Below, in pieces: positions 54,834-63,849 of a DNA stretch of 64,000 nucleotides. The position numbers and the translations under genes are program-made. Position 1 is the first letter of the stretch. The number at the start of each line of letters is the position of its first letter. Under the pieces are notes generated by a model, which saw nothing but the letters and a program-made list of their open reading frames with translations, did not search any database and was not told the DNA's origin. This DNA is from Candidatus Latescibacterota bacterium (GTDB taxonomy: Bacteria; Latescibacterota; UBA2968; UBA8231): positions 608,001 through 672,000 of the forward strand of contig CBDCSU010000004.1 of the NCBI GenBank assembly GCA_965221775.1, given 5' to 3'.

Positions 54834-56039
54834 ATGTCCCTGCGCGTCGGCGTCGTCGGCTGCGGCGCCTTCTCCCCCGGCTTCATCATCCTCTTCAAGG
54901 CCCATCCCCTCGTGGAGTCGGTGGTCCTCTGCGACCTCGACGCCGACAAGCTCGCCGCCGCCGCCGAACGCCACGGCATCGCCGACACCCGCTCCAGCCT
55001 GGAGGAGCTGTGCGCCGACGCCAGCGTCGACGCGGTGGCCCTCTTCACCCAGAACTGGCTCCACGGCCCCCAGGCGGCGGCCGCCCTGCGCGCCGGCAAG
55101 CACGTGTACAGCGCCGTGCCCACGGGGATCACCGCCGAGGAGGTGACCGATCTCGTCGACGCCGCCGCCGGCACGGACCGCCTCTACATGCTCGGCGAGA
55201 CCAGCTACTACTACCCGGGCGTGATCTACTGCCGCGGGCGCTTCCGGGCCGGCGACTTCGGGCGCCCGGTCCACGCCGAGGCCGAGTACCTCCACGACTT
55301 CAGCCACGGCCTCTACGCGGTGATGGAGTCGCGCGGAGGCCGCGACTGGAAGCGCTTCGCCGGCGGCCCCCCCATGCAGTACCCCACCCACTCCACGAGC
55401 CAGATCCTCTCGGTCACCGGGGCGCGCATGACCCACGTCTCCGGCCACGGGTTCGTCGACGACCACGAGGACGGCCTGTTCCGCGCCGGCTCGAACCAGT
55501 GGGCCAACGAGTTCAGCAACGAGACCGCCTTCTTCCGGCTCTCCGACGGCAGCGCCTGCCGCATCGCCGAGATGCGCCGCGTCGGCCACCCGGGGGGCGT
55601 GCGCATGTCCCTCTACGGCACCGCCGGCAGCTACGAGCAGCACGTCTCCGGCGTCCGCTGGCTCACCGCCCGGCGCGCCGAGACCGAGTCCCTCGAAGAC
55701 CTGCTCACCGGCACGGGGGTCCCCGGGCCGCGGCCCGGAGACGGCCTCTTCGAGGCGGTGGCGCCGGTGCACCCGGTGCAGCGCCTGCCGCGGCAGTTCC
55801 TGGGCCTGCCCAACGGCCACCGAGGCTCGCACCAGTTCCTGGTGGACGACTTCGTGCGCGCCGCCGTGGACGGGGTGCTGCCGCCCAACAACGCCTGGGC
55901 GGCGGCGCGCTACATGCTGCCCGGCCTGGTGGCCCACGAGTCCGCCCGCCGCGGCGGCGAGCTGCTGGAGATCCCGGATCTCGGCGATCCGCCTTCGACG
56001 CCGGTGGAGTACGACGAGCCGGTCGCCGGGGGCGCCTGA
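54834..56039 (+). CDS. Gfo/Idh/MocA family oxidoreductase
   Basis: GVVGCG, GKHVYSAVP, YPTH, HRGSH. Confidence 0.85.
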   Translation: MSLRVGVVGCGAFSPGFIILFKAHPLVESVVLCDLDADKLAAAAERHGIADTRSSLEELCADASVDAVALFTQNWLHGPQAAAALRAGKHVYSAVPTGITAEEVTDLVDAAAGTDRLYMLGETSYYYPGVIYCRGRFRAGDFGRPVHAEAEYLHDFSHGLYAVMESRGGRDWKRFAGGPPMQYPTHSTSQILSVTGARMTHVSGHGFVDDHEDGLFRAGSNQWANEFSNETAFFRLSDGSACRIAEMRRVGHPGGVRMSLYGTAGSYEQHVSGVRWLTARRAETESLEDLLTGTGVPGPRPGDGLFEAVAPVHPVQRLPRQFLGLPNGHRGSHQFLVDDFVRAAVDGVLPPNNAWAAARYMLPGLVAHESARRGGELLEIPDLGDPPSTPVEYDEPVAGGA

Positions 56040-57277
56040 TGGACCCCACCCTCAACCGCACCCGCTCCGCGCCGGGCCGGCTGGAGCTGAGCGTCGGCCC
56101 CGGCGGCGACCTGGAGGGCCGCGGCGACAAGGTGCTGCAGGCCGGCGCCGACTACCTGGCGCGCCTCGGCGGCGGGACCCTGCGCGTCCTGCCCGCCACC
56201 TACCGCATGACCAACGCCCTCTACCTGCATCCGGGGCTGACCCTGCGCGGCGCCGGCGAGGCCACGGTCCTGCGCAAGACGGCGAGCGGCTCCACGCCGC
56301 TGGTCCGGGACTCCGACTGGTACGAGAACCGGGTCACGGTGGAGGACCCCTCCCCCTTCCGGCCCGGGTGCGGCATCATGCTGCGCTCGTACGCCGACGG
56401 GGGCGGCCTGCGCGAGGTGGTGCGCGACACCGTGGTCGACGTGGACGGGTCCGAGCTGACCCTCTCCCGGCGGCTGCTGAAGAACTTCTGGCTCGAGCAC
56501 CGGGCCACGGCGGCCACCCTCTTCCCGCTGGTCACCGCCGAGGAGGGCGTCTGCGACGTCACCGTGGAGGAACTGGTCCTCGACGGCAACCTCGACGAGA
56601 ACGAGGAGATCAACGGCAACTACGCAGGGGCCGTCTTCATCCAGCAGTGCCACCGCTGGAGCTTCCGCGGCGTCACCGCCCGCGGCTATCACGGCGACGG
56701 CTTCAGCTTCCAGGTCTGCGACGACGTGAGCTTCGAGGACTGCCGCTCCCTGGACAACGCCAGCCTCGGCTTCCACCCGGGCTCGGGATCGCAGCGCCCC
56801 CTCTTCCGCCGCTGCGAGGCCCGCGGCAACGCCCAGGGGATCTTCTTCTGCTGGGGGGTCACCGACGGCCGGGTCGAGGACTGCACCTGCGTCGGCAACC
56901 GCGACTACGGCATCAGCATCGGCCACCGCGACACCGACAACCGGCTCACGGGTACCCTCTTCGAGGGCAACCACCGCGTCGGTCTGCTCTTCCGCGAGGC
57001 CGACTCCGGGTACCGCGGCGGCCACCGCAACGTGGTGGAGGGCTGCCGGTTCGTCGACAATGGCTTCGCCGACGAGGGGGTGGCCGTGGACATCCGCGGC
57101 GACACCCGCGGAACGGAGATCCGCGACTGCCACTTCGAGGCGGGCGCCGCGGGACGGCAGCGCGTCGGCATCCGCATCGGCGACGAAGCGCTGGGCACCC
57201 GCCTCTCGGGGAACGCCTTCGAGGGGCTGGTCGAGGACGTGGCCGGAGGCGCGGCGGAGACCGGGCCGGGCGGCTGA
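56039..57277 (+). CDS. Right-handed parallel beta-helix repeat protein (pectate-lyase-like fold)
   Basis: ATG overlaps the upstream TGA; LQAGAD..GGGTL, LDGN, repeated V..C...N...GI/F units. Confidence 0.78.
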   Translation: MDPTLNRTRSAPGRLELSVGPGGDLEGRGDKVLQAGADYLARLGGGTLRVLPATYRMTNALYLHPGLTLRGAGEATVLRKTASGSTPLVRDSDWYENRVTVEDPSPFRPGCGIMLRSYADGGGLREVVRDTVVDVDGSELTLSRRLLKNFWLEHRATAATLFPLVTAEEGVCDVTVEELVLDGNLDENEEINGNYAGAVFIQQCHRWSFRGVTARGYHGDGFSFQVCDDVSFEDCRSLDNASLGFHPGSGSQRPLFRRCEARGNAQGIFFCWGVTDGRVEDCTCVGNRDYGISIGHRDTDNRLTGTLFEGNHRVGLLFREADSGYRGGHRNVVEGCRFVDNGFADEGVAVDIRGDTRGTEIRDCHFEAGAAGRQRVGIRIGDEALGTRLSGNAFEGLVEDVAGGAAETGPGG

Positions 57278-57280
57278 CCG

Positions 57281-58696
57281 GTGGACCGCTTCCTCCTCGT
57301 CGACTTCGGCACGACGAGCACCAAGTCGGCCCTCCTGCAGCTCGACGGCGGACGCTTCGAGCACCTGCGCCGGCACCCGGCCCTGCCCGCCCTCCCCGGG
57401 CCGGCGGGCCGTCACGAGGTCCCGCTGGCCGCCATCCGCGAGCGCTTCCACGACCTGTGCGCCGACGCCTGGGCCGCCTCGGGGAGCGGCTTCGACGGAA
57501 TCGTCCTGTGCAGCGAGATGCACGGCTTCGCCCTGCTGGACCCCCGGACCCGCGAGCCCCTCACCCAGTACGTCTCCTGGCTCGACGGACGCTCCCTGGA
57601 GAGGGTGGACGGGCGCAGCTCCTTCGACTTGGTGGCCGCCCACCTCGGGGACGGTTTCCGTCGCCTCTCCGGCATGCGGCCTCGGTCCGGGTTCCCGCTG
57701 ATCAACCTCGTCCACTGCGGGCGCACCATGGACCTGCCGGCCGAGGTGGAGATCGTCTCCCTGCCCGGCTGGCTCTGCCGCGCCGAGGATGGAGGCCCGC
57801 CGCCCGAGCACCCCACCATCCTGGCGGGCATGGCCCTCTACGACGTGTCCCGCAAGGAGGTCGCACCGGACCTGCTGGAGACGGCGCGGGAGCTGGGCGG
57901 CGTGTCGCCGATCCCGGGGGAGCCCTGCTCCGAGGAGACCGCCGCCGGATACTGGGCCGGGCCCCGGGGTCCCGTGCCGGTCTACGCCGGCGTCGGCGAC
58001 CACCAGTGCTCGGTGCTGGGCGCCGGCGTCGTCGAGGGGACCACGGCCTCCGTCAACCTCGGCACCGGCAGCCAGGTCGCCGTCCCGCGGGCCCCGCGGG
58101 ACCAGGCCTTCGAGCACCGTCCTTACTTCGACGGGCTGGACCTGACCGCGGTCACCCACATCCCGGCAGGCCGCGCCCTCGGCGAGTTCGTCGGCTTCCT
58201 GCAGCAGATCTCCGAGCGCACCCCGGCGGCCGCCGGCGGGCCTCCGCGGCCGGACTGGTGGGCGGAGCTGGCCGCCCTCGGCCCCCCGGAGGTGGACGCC
58301 GCCACCCTGGAGGTGGACCTGGCCGTCTTCGAGGGAGCCCGCGGGTTCCGGTCGGGGGGCGGCATCGGCGGCCTGCTGGAGGGCGGCCTGACCCCGGGGA
58401 ACTACCTCGCCTCGGTGCTGCGCGCCTTCGTGACCCAGTACGCCGAGGTCCTCGACGAGCTGGACCCCGGCCGCCGCCTGGAGAGGGTGGCCCTCGGCGG
58501 GGGAATCGCCCGCAACCTGCCGCACCTGGCCGAGCTGCTGGCCCGCGCCTCGGGGCGGACCGTGCGCGGGGCCTGCGCCCTCGACGAGTCCCTCCTCGGC
58601 CTGCGGGCCCTCGCCCTGCGCTGCGCCGGACGGGCGTCCACGGCCGCGGAGGCTTGGCGCCTCCACGGGCGAGCGTGCGAGATCGTCGATGGGTGA
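57281..58696 (+). CDS. FGGY-family carbohydrate kinase (sedoheptulokinase-like)
   Basis: VDFGTTSTK, EMHG, SWLD, GDHQ, NLGTGSQ, GGG. Confidence 0.8.
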   Translation: MDRFLLVDFGTTSTKSALLQLDGGRFEHLRRHPALPALPGPAGRHEVPLAAIRERFHDLCADAWAASGSGFDGIVLCSEMHGFALLDPRTREPLTQYVSWLDGRSLERVDGRSSFDLVAAHLGDGFRRLSGMRPRSGFPLINLVHCGRTMDLPAEVEIVSLPGWLCRAEDGGPPPEHPTILAGMALYDVSRKEVAPDLLETARELGGVSPIPGEPCSEETAAGYWAGPRGPVPVYAGVGDHQCSVLGAGVVEGTTASVNLGTGSQVAVPRAPRDQAFEHRPYFDGLDLTAVTHIPAGRALGEFVGFLQQISERTPAAAGGPPRPDWWAELAALGPPEVDAATLEVDLAVFEGARGFRSGGGIGGLLEGGLTPGNYLASVLRAFVTQYAEVLDELDPGRRLERVALGGGIARNLPHLAELLARASGRTVRGACALDESLLGLRALALRCAGRASTAAEAWRLHGRACEIVDG

Positions 58697-58732
58697 GGTG
58701 GGCAGGACCCGGCGGGAGGAGAGAGGGGGTCC

Positions 58733-59107
58733 ATGCCTCTGATCGAGGTGGAGGTCGTCGCCGACGACGAGCTGAGCCCGACCCTGGCCCCGAGGCTGGC
58801 CGAAGCCGCCGGCGCTGCGCTGGACGCACCCGCGGGGCAGACGTGGGTGCGCCTGCGCCGGTTGACGACCGCGTCCTACGCCGAGAGCGGCGGGGGCCCG
58901 CCCCCCGGCCTGCGGCCGGTGTTCGTCCAGGTCCTGCAGGCCCGGCTGCCCGACGAGGCGACCCTGGCTCGACAGGCGGCTTCCCTGAGCGCGGCGATTG
59001 CCGAGGTCTGCGGGCGCCCCGCCGACCATGTGCACGTGGTGTTCTGCCCCGCGGGGGAGGGCCGCATCGCCTTCGGCGGCCGGCTCCTGCGCGGGGAGGG
59101 ACAGTAA
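58733..59107 (+). CDS. Tautomerase superfamily protein (two beta-alpha-beta units)
   Basis: Met-Pro N-terminus (catalytic Pro1), TWVRL, VHVVF...IAFGG; GGAGGA SD. Confidence 0.75.
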   Translation: MPLIEVEVVADDELSPTLAPRLAEAAGAALDAPAGQTWVRLRRLTTASYAESGGGPPPGLRPVFVQVLQARLPDEATLARQAASLSAAIAEVCGRPADHVHVVFCPAGEGRIAFGGRLLRGEGQ

Positions 59108-59235
59108 CCCTCGCTGGCGGCCCCCCCGGGTCCGGGCCGGTCAGACCTCCTCCGGGCCCGGGAGTTGTCAAGGCCCGGCCCCATGTGCTTAGCTGACTCC
59201 CGACTCGGACCCCACGCGAACCGGAGGAGCAACCG

Positions 59236-60459
59236 ATGAAGATCACGGATATCGAGGTCATCCCCGTCGCCATGCCCCTGGCCGCCCGCTACGACGACGC
59301 CGCCGGCCGGGTGCGCATGGGGGGCATCGACGACCACGTCGTCGTCAAGATCCACACCGACAACGGCCTGACCGGGTACGGCGACTACGAGGACGTGCCC
59401 CGCATCGACGAGTCGGTGATCCAGTCCCTCATCGGGCGCAGCCCTTTCGACTACATCAACAACGATCTCAACCTCGCCCTCGGCATGGCCCTCTACGACG
59501 TGATGGGCAAGTACCTCGAGGTGCCGGCGTACAAGCTCATGGGCCAGAAGCTGCGCGACGCCGTGCCCTGCGCCGCCTGGACGCGGCCCTGTTCCCCCGA
59601 GGTCTTCGCCGGCGAGGTCCGGCGCTCGGCGGAGCAGGGCTACCGCGTCTTCAAGATGCACTCCAACGCCCGTTACGACGTGATCGAGCAGACCCGGGCC
59701 GCCGCCGACGCGGTGCCGGCGGGCTTCAAGCTGCACTGGGACTTCAACCACAACCGCAGCCCGGGGGTGGTGCTGCCCATCCTCGCCGAGATGGAACGGG
59801 ACCACTCCCACATCGTCGGCTTCGTCGAGGACCCCCTCCCCTGGCAGGACGTCGACGGTTGGGCGAGACTGCGCGCCAAGTCGAAGATCCCCCTGATCAT
59901 GCACGTGCCCCAGCTCGGCGGCATCCAGGAGGTCATGGCCGGGGCCGCCGACATCTACATGACCGGCGGCGCCATCGGCCGCACCCTGCGCGCCGGCTTC
60001 GCCTACGCCCAGGCCAACGTGCAGACCCTGATCCAGCAGTCCGGGGGGGCGCTGATGAAGGCCCTCACCCTGCACCAGGCGGCGGTGCTGCCCACGGCGA
60101 CGGCCCACGTCATCACCCTGGACGACCAGTACGAGCGCGACATCGCCACACCGGTGGCCGTGGACGAAGGCTTCTCCCGCGTCCCCGAGGCGCCGGGACT
60201 CGGCCTGGAGGTGGACGACGACGCCATCGCCGAGTTCGCCCGCGGCGAGCGCCTGGGGCGGGTGGAGTACATCGGCGTCCTGACCCTGCCCGGCGGCAAG
60301 CGGCTGTACACGAAGGGATCGCCGGGCGTGCAGCAACTCACCGGCTTCGAGGAGGGCGCCCTGCCCGGCATCGGCTTCGAGTACTGGGAGGACGACGGCA
60401 GCGAGGAGTACCGCAAGGCCCGCGCCCGTCTCGACGCCGAGGGGACCTACATGGTCTGA
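59236..60459 (+). CDS. Enolase superfamily enzyme (second copy)
   Basis: MKITDIE, TDNGLTGYG, ALYDVMGK, KMH, WDFN, VEDP, PGLGLEVD. Confidence 0.87.
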   Translation: MKITDIEVIPVAMPLAARYDDAAGRVRMGGIDDHVVVKIHTDNGLTGYGDYEDVPRIDESVIQSLIGRSPFDYINNDLNLALGMALYDVMGKYLEVPAYKLMGQKLRDAVPCAAWTRPCSPEVFAGEVRRSAEQGYRVFKMHSNARYDVIEQTRAAADAVPAGFKLHWDFNHNRSPGVVLPILAEMERDHSHIVGFVEDPLPWQDVDGWARLRAKSKIPLIMHVPQLGGIQEVMAGAADIYMTGGAIGRTLRAGFAYAQANVQTLIQQSGGALMKALTLHQAAVLPTATAHVITLDDQYERDIATPVAVDEGFSRVPEAPGLGLEVDDDAIAEFARGERLGRVEYIGVLTLPGGKRLYTKGSPGVQQLTGFEEGALPGIGFEYWEDDGSEEYRKARARLDAEGTYMV

Positions 60460-60474
60460 GGAGAAGGCGGGTTG

Positions 60475-60600
60475 GTCAGCGGCGCCGGGCCTGGCGCCGA
60501 CGCCCGGGAGGACCGTCAGCGGCGGTGAGCCAGGCCCGCACCGGCTCGAGGCCTCCCGCCGGAGGCCCGGGCCACCGTCAGCGGCGGTGGGTCAGCCAGG
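60475..60600. repeat. Degenerate direct repeats of the dehydrogenase 3' end
   Basis: ACCGTCAGCGGCGGTG exact at 60512-60527 and 60574-60589; GTCAGCGGCG again at 60475. Confidence 0.75.
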
Positions 60601-61573
60601 CCTTCACCCGCCGGTGGTCGAGGACCTCCGGCCGCAGCACGTCCTCCGGCTCGCGGCCGTGGATGACATCGGTCACCTGCTCGAAGGTCCGGGTGTCCAG
60701 CCGCTGCACCGACTCGACGGTGATGCCGCCGTTGTGGTTGGTGCAGATGATGCGCGGGTGGTCCTTGTGCACGGCGCGGGTGTCGTTCACCGGGTCGTCG
60801 ACGACGTAGTAGGTCAGGCACCCCTCCTCCACCGCGCGCAGGGCGTCGTCGTCGCATACGAGGTTGCCCCGCGACGGGTTGATCAGCGACGCGTGGGGCC
60901 GCATCGCCTTCAGCTGCTCGTAGTGGACGAGGGTGTCGTCCCCGGAGACGTGGAGGCTGACGGTGTCGCTCTCCTCGAAGAGGCGCATGGGATCGTCCAC
61001 GGCCTCGGCGCCGTGGCGGGCGGCGACGTCGGCGATGTCGGGGCGCACGTCGTGGACCAGGAGGCGGCCCGAGTCGCCCAGGAGGGGCTTTGCGCGCAGG
61101 GCCACCTCCTGGCCGATGCGGCCGAAGCCGTAGAGGCCGAGGGTGGAGCCCCGGGCCTCGTACGTGGGGATGATGGTGAAGTCGCCGGCGTGGGACATGC
61201 GGTTGAGGGTGTAGGTCCGCTTCAGCGTCGCCATCCACTGGGCGATGGTGTACTCGGCGACGGTGTCCATGTGCACGGGGGTGATCGTCACCGGCACGCC
61301 CAACTCGGTGGCCACCTCGATCTGGACCTTGTCGTAGCCGACCCCCCAGCGGGCGACGAGGCGCAGGTCGGCGCCGCGCTCGTAGAACTCGCGGTGCACG
61401 AGGTTGGAGTTGGCGATGACGGCGACGACGCCGCCGGCCATGTCGCCGGTGAGCTCGGAGTCGTACTCGACGAGTTCGGCGATCTCCCCCAGCTTCGCCA
61501 GGCCGGCGCGCCTGTGATCGGAGGCGAAGGCCTCGTTGCGGAAGATCGTCGCCAGCAGGACCTTCGGTTTCAT
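60578..61573 (-). CDS. D-isomer-specific 2-hydroxyacid dehydrogenase family protein
   Basis: RWGVGYD, VAEY, GFGRIG, SLHV, INPSRG, TNHNGG; ATG 61573 with AAGGAG SD. Confidence 0.87.
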   Translation of the reverse strand: MKPKVLLATIFRNEAFASDHRRAGLAKLGEIAELVEYDSELTGDMAGGVVAVIANSNLVHREFYERGADLRLVARWGVGYDKVQIEVATELGVPVTITPVHMDTVAEYTIAQWMATLKRTYTLNRMSHAGDFTIIPTYEARGSTLGLYGFGRIGQEVALRAKPLLGDSGRLLVHDVRPDIADVAARHGAEAVDDPMRLFEESDTVSLHVSGDDTLVHYEQLKAMRPHASLINPSRGNLVCDDDALRAVEEGCLTYYVVDDPVNDTRAVHKDHPRIICTNHNGGITVESVQRLDTRTFEQVTDVIHGREPEDVLRPEVLDHRRVKAWLTHRR

Positions 61574-61661
61574 GCTCTCTCCTTTTCGCGCCGATAGTAT
61601 AGGGAGCCCTCCCGAAGGCGGCTTGTGAGTCTCAGCCGGCCTTCGCACCTTTGCCGGACCG

Positions 61662-62828
61662 ATGAGCCTCTATACCCACCTCCTGCGTCCCCTCCTCTTC
61701 CGCTTCGACGCCGAGAGCGCCCACGAGGCGGCCCTGGCCGCGGCTTCCGCCGCCGGCGCCCGCGCCCCCGGCCGGGCCGTCCTGCGGTCGATCTACGGCT
61801 TCGCGGACGACAGGCTGGCCACCGAGGTCGCCGGCCTGCGGTTCCCGAACCCCCTGGGGCTGGCAGCCGGCTTCGACAAGAACGGCCGCGCCGCGCAGGC
61901 CCTCTCCTGCCTGGGGCTGGGGCACCTGGAGATCGGCTCGGTCTCTGCCCGTCCGTCGCGCGGCAACCCCCGCCCGCGCCTCTTCCGCCTGCCCGCCGAC
62001 GAGGCGATCGTCGTCAACTACGGAGTCCCCAACGACGGCGCCGACACCGTCGCCCGCCGCCTCTCCGCACGGCCCGTGCCCGTGCCCCTGGGGGTGAACC
62101 TCGTGGAGACGAACACCGGCCGCCCGGCGCCGCCCGACCACGTCATCGCCGAGCTCGTCGAGGCCGCCGGCGTCTTCGCCGGGTGCGCCGACTACCTCAC
62201 CCTCAACCTCAACTGTCCGAACACCACCGGCGGCGCCAGCCCCTTCGACGACCCCGCGGCCGTGGCCGCCCTGCTGGCGCAACTGGCCGCCGTCGACGGC
62301 CTGCCGCCGGTCTTCCTCAAGCTCACGGCGCGCACCGACCCGCCCTTCATCGAGGCCCTCCTCGAGGCCGTCGACCCCTTCCCCCGGGTGGCCGGCTTCG
62401 TCTTCAACCTGCCGCCGGGCAAGGAGTACGCCCTGCGCACGCCGGCCGCCGTGGTCGACCCCCTTCCCGGGACCCTGTGCGGCCCCCCCGCCCGGGGCCT
62501 GCTCGACGACGCGGTCCGGGCCTGGTACGGCCGCATCGACCGCCGCCGGCACCGCATCATCGGCTCGGGGGGCATCGCCTCGGCGGAGGACGCCTGGCGC
62601 AAGATCCGCCTCGGCGCCTCGCTGCTGCAGCTCTACACGGGGCTGGTCTACCACGGCCCCGGCCTGGTGCGGCGCATCAACCGCGGCCTGGTGCGGCTGC
62701 TGGAGGCCGACGGCCTCTCCCACGTGAGCGAGGCCGTGGGGCTGGACAGCGCTTCGGCCGGGGGACGCCGGGACTCGCCCTCCGGAGAGCCGAGGTCCAC
62801 GCGCCGCCTCGCTCCGGCCCGCCCATGA
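61662..62828 (+). CDS. pyrD: Quinone-dependent dihydroorotate dehydrogenase (class 2)
   Basis: NPLGLAAGFDKN, GNPRPRLFRL, NLNCPNT, GGI, GASLLQLYTGLVY.GP. Confidence 0.88.
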   Translation: MSLYTHLLRPLLFRFDAESAHEAALAAASAAGARAPGRAVLRSIYGFADDRLATEVAGLRFPNPLGLAAGFDKNGRAAQALSCLGLGHLEIGSVSARPSRGNPRPRLFRLPADEAIVVNYGVPNDGADTVARRLSARPVPVPLGVNLVETNTGRPAPPDHVIAELVEAAGVFAGCADYLTLNLNCPNTTGGASPFDDPAAVAALLAQLAAVDGLPPVFLKLTARTDPPFIEALLEAVDPFPRVAGFVFNLPPGKEYALRTPAAVVDPLPGTLCGPPARGLLDDAVRAWYGRIDRRRHRIIGSGGIASAEDAWRKIRLGASLLQLYTGLVYHGPGLVRRINRGLVRLLEADGLSHVSEAVGLDSASAGGRRDSPSGEPRSTRRLAPARP

Positions 62829-63085
62829 CCCCTGCCCGACCCGTCCCGCGCCTCGAGGCCGCGCCCGACCTGGCCAGCGGCCGGGCTGCGACCTCGGCCG
62901 AAGGGTGGTCCGTGCACGGCGCCGGCCCGGCCCGCCGATGACCGCCGCCCGCCACGCTCCGGGCCTGGAGGCCGCTCCCGGCATGGCCGGCCGCCAGCCC
63001 ACGGTCCCGGGGCCGTCCAGCCCATGACGGCTGCCCGCCCCGCCCTGCGCCTAAAGGCCGCCGCCGACCTGGCCGGCCGCGAGCG
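62790..63085 (+). repeat. Three diverged copies of the pyrD/phyH junction forming ATGA-coupled mini-ORFs 62825-62941 and 62938-63027
   Basis: MTPARPVPRLEAAPDLASGR / MTAARHAPGLEAAPGMAGRQ / MTAARPALRLKAAADLAGRE. Confidence 0.85.
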
Positions 63086-63833
63086 CGCCGTGCGCGAGCA
63101 GGGGTTCGCCTACCTGCCGGCGCTGCTCGACGCCGGCCGGATCGCCGCCCTGCGCGAGGCCATGGACCGCGCCGAGCCGCTGGCCGAGAGCTTCGACCGG
63201 GTGGAGGAACCGCCCGGGCATCCCTTCTACCACAAGATCATCAACAACGCCTTCAACCGGGACCTCCTCTTCCTCTCCTGCCTGGACTTCCCGGGGGTGA
63301 TCGAGCTGGCCGAGGCCCTCCACGGGGAGGACTGCCACGTCATCGGCATGACCGCCTGGCTCACCGGTCCCGGCCGCCCGGACCAGGGCCTGCACGCCGA
63401 CTGGCAGCCCCTGACCCTGCCCGAGGACGTCATGGACGATCCCCGCGTGCAGATCCCCGTCTTCATCACCACCGCCCACTTCTACCTCGACGACGTGACC
63501 GAGGAGCTGGGGCCGACGGTCTTCGTGCCGGGCAGCCACCGCGCCGGCCGGCCGCCCGATGGCGACCATGGCTGGCGCGGGACGGGCGAGCACAGCCTGC
63601 TGTGCGGCGCCGGCGACGTGGTCGTCTTCCGCTCCGAGGTCTGGCACCGGGGCACGGCCAACCGCGGCGACCGCGTCCGCTACCTGCTGCAGGTGCACTA
63701 CGCCCAGCGCATGATCACCCAGAAATACCCTCCCTACCTCAACCGCTTCCGCTTCGACCCCGCCATTCTCGAGCAGGCCACCCCCCGCCAGCGCCGGCTG
63801 ATGGGCGACCACCGCCCGAGCAACTACGACTGA
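63024..63833 (+). CDS. Phytanoyl-CoA dioxygenase (PhyH) family Fe(II)/2-oxoglutarate enzyme
   Basis: GF, HAD (HxD), YLDD, GPT..VPGSH, GDV, WHRG..N..R. Confidence 0.88.
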   Translation: MTAARPALRLKAAADLAGRERAVREQGFAYLPALLDAGRIAALREAMDRAEPLAESFDRVEEPPGHPFYHKIINNAFNRDLLFLSCLDFPGVIELAEALHGEDCHVIGMTAWLTGPGRPDQGLHADWQPLTLPEDVMDDPRVQIPVFITTAHFYLDDVTEELGPTVFVPGSHRAGRPPDGDHGWRGTGEHSLLCGAGDVVVFRSEVWHRGTANRGDRVRYLLQVHYAQRMITQKYPPYLNRFRFDPAILEQATPRQRRLMGDHRPSNYD

Positions 63834-63849
63834 ATCGACGGAGCTCTCC

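Noticed and set aside
29024-59196. Very long alternative-frame and antisense ORFs in the track (e.g. 55910-59035 minus, 53175-55937 minus, 56368-59196 plus, and the 5' parts of 29024-32587 and 34867-37797)
   Set aside because: These are Arg/Gly/Pro-rich shadow ORFs expected at this GC content, overlapping well-supported genes; only their motif-bearing 3' portions were kept where applicable
60475-63085. CRISPR array interpretation of the short repeats
   Set aside because: The copies are degenerate, few, irregularly spaced and derived from adjacent coding sequence; no cas genes are present
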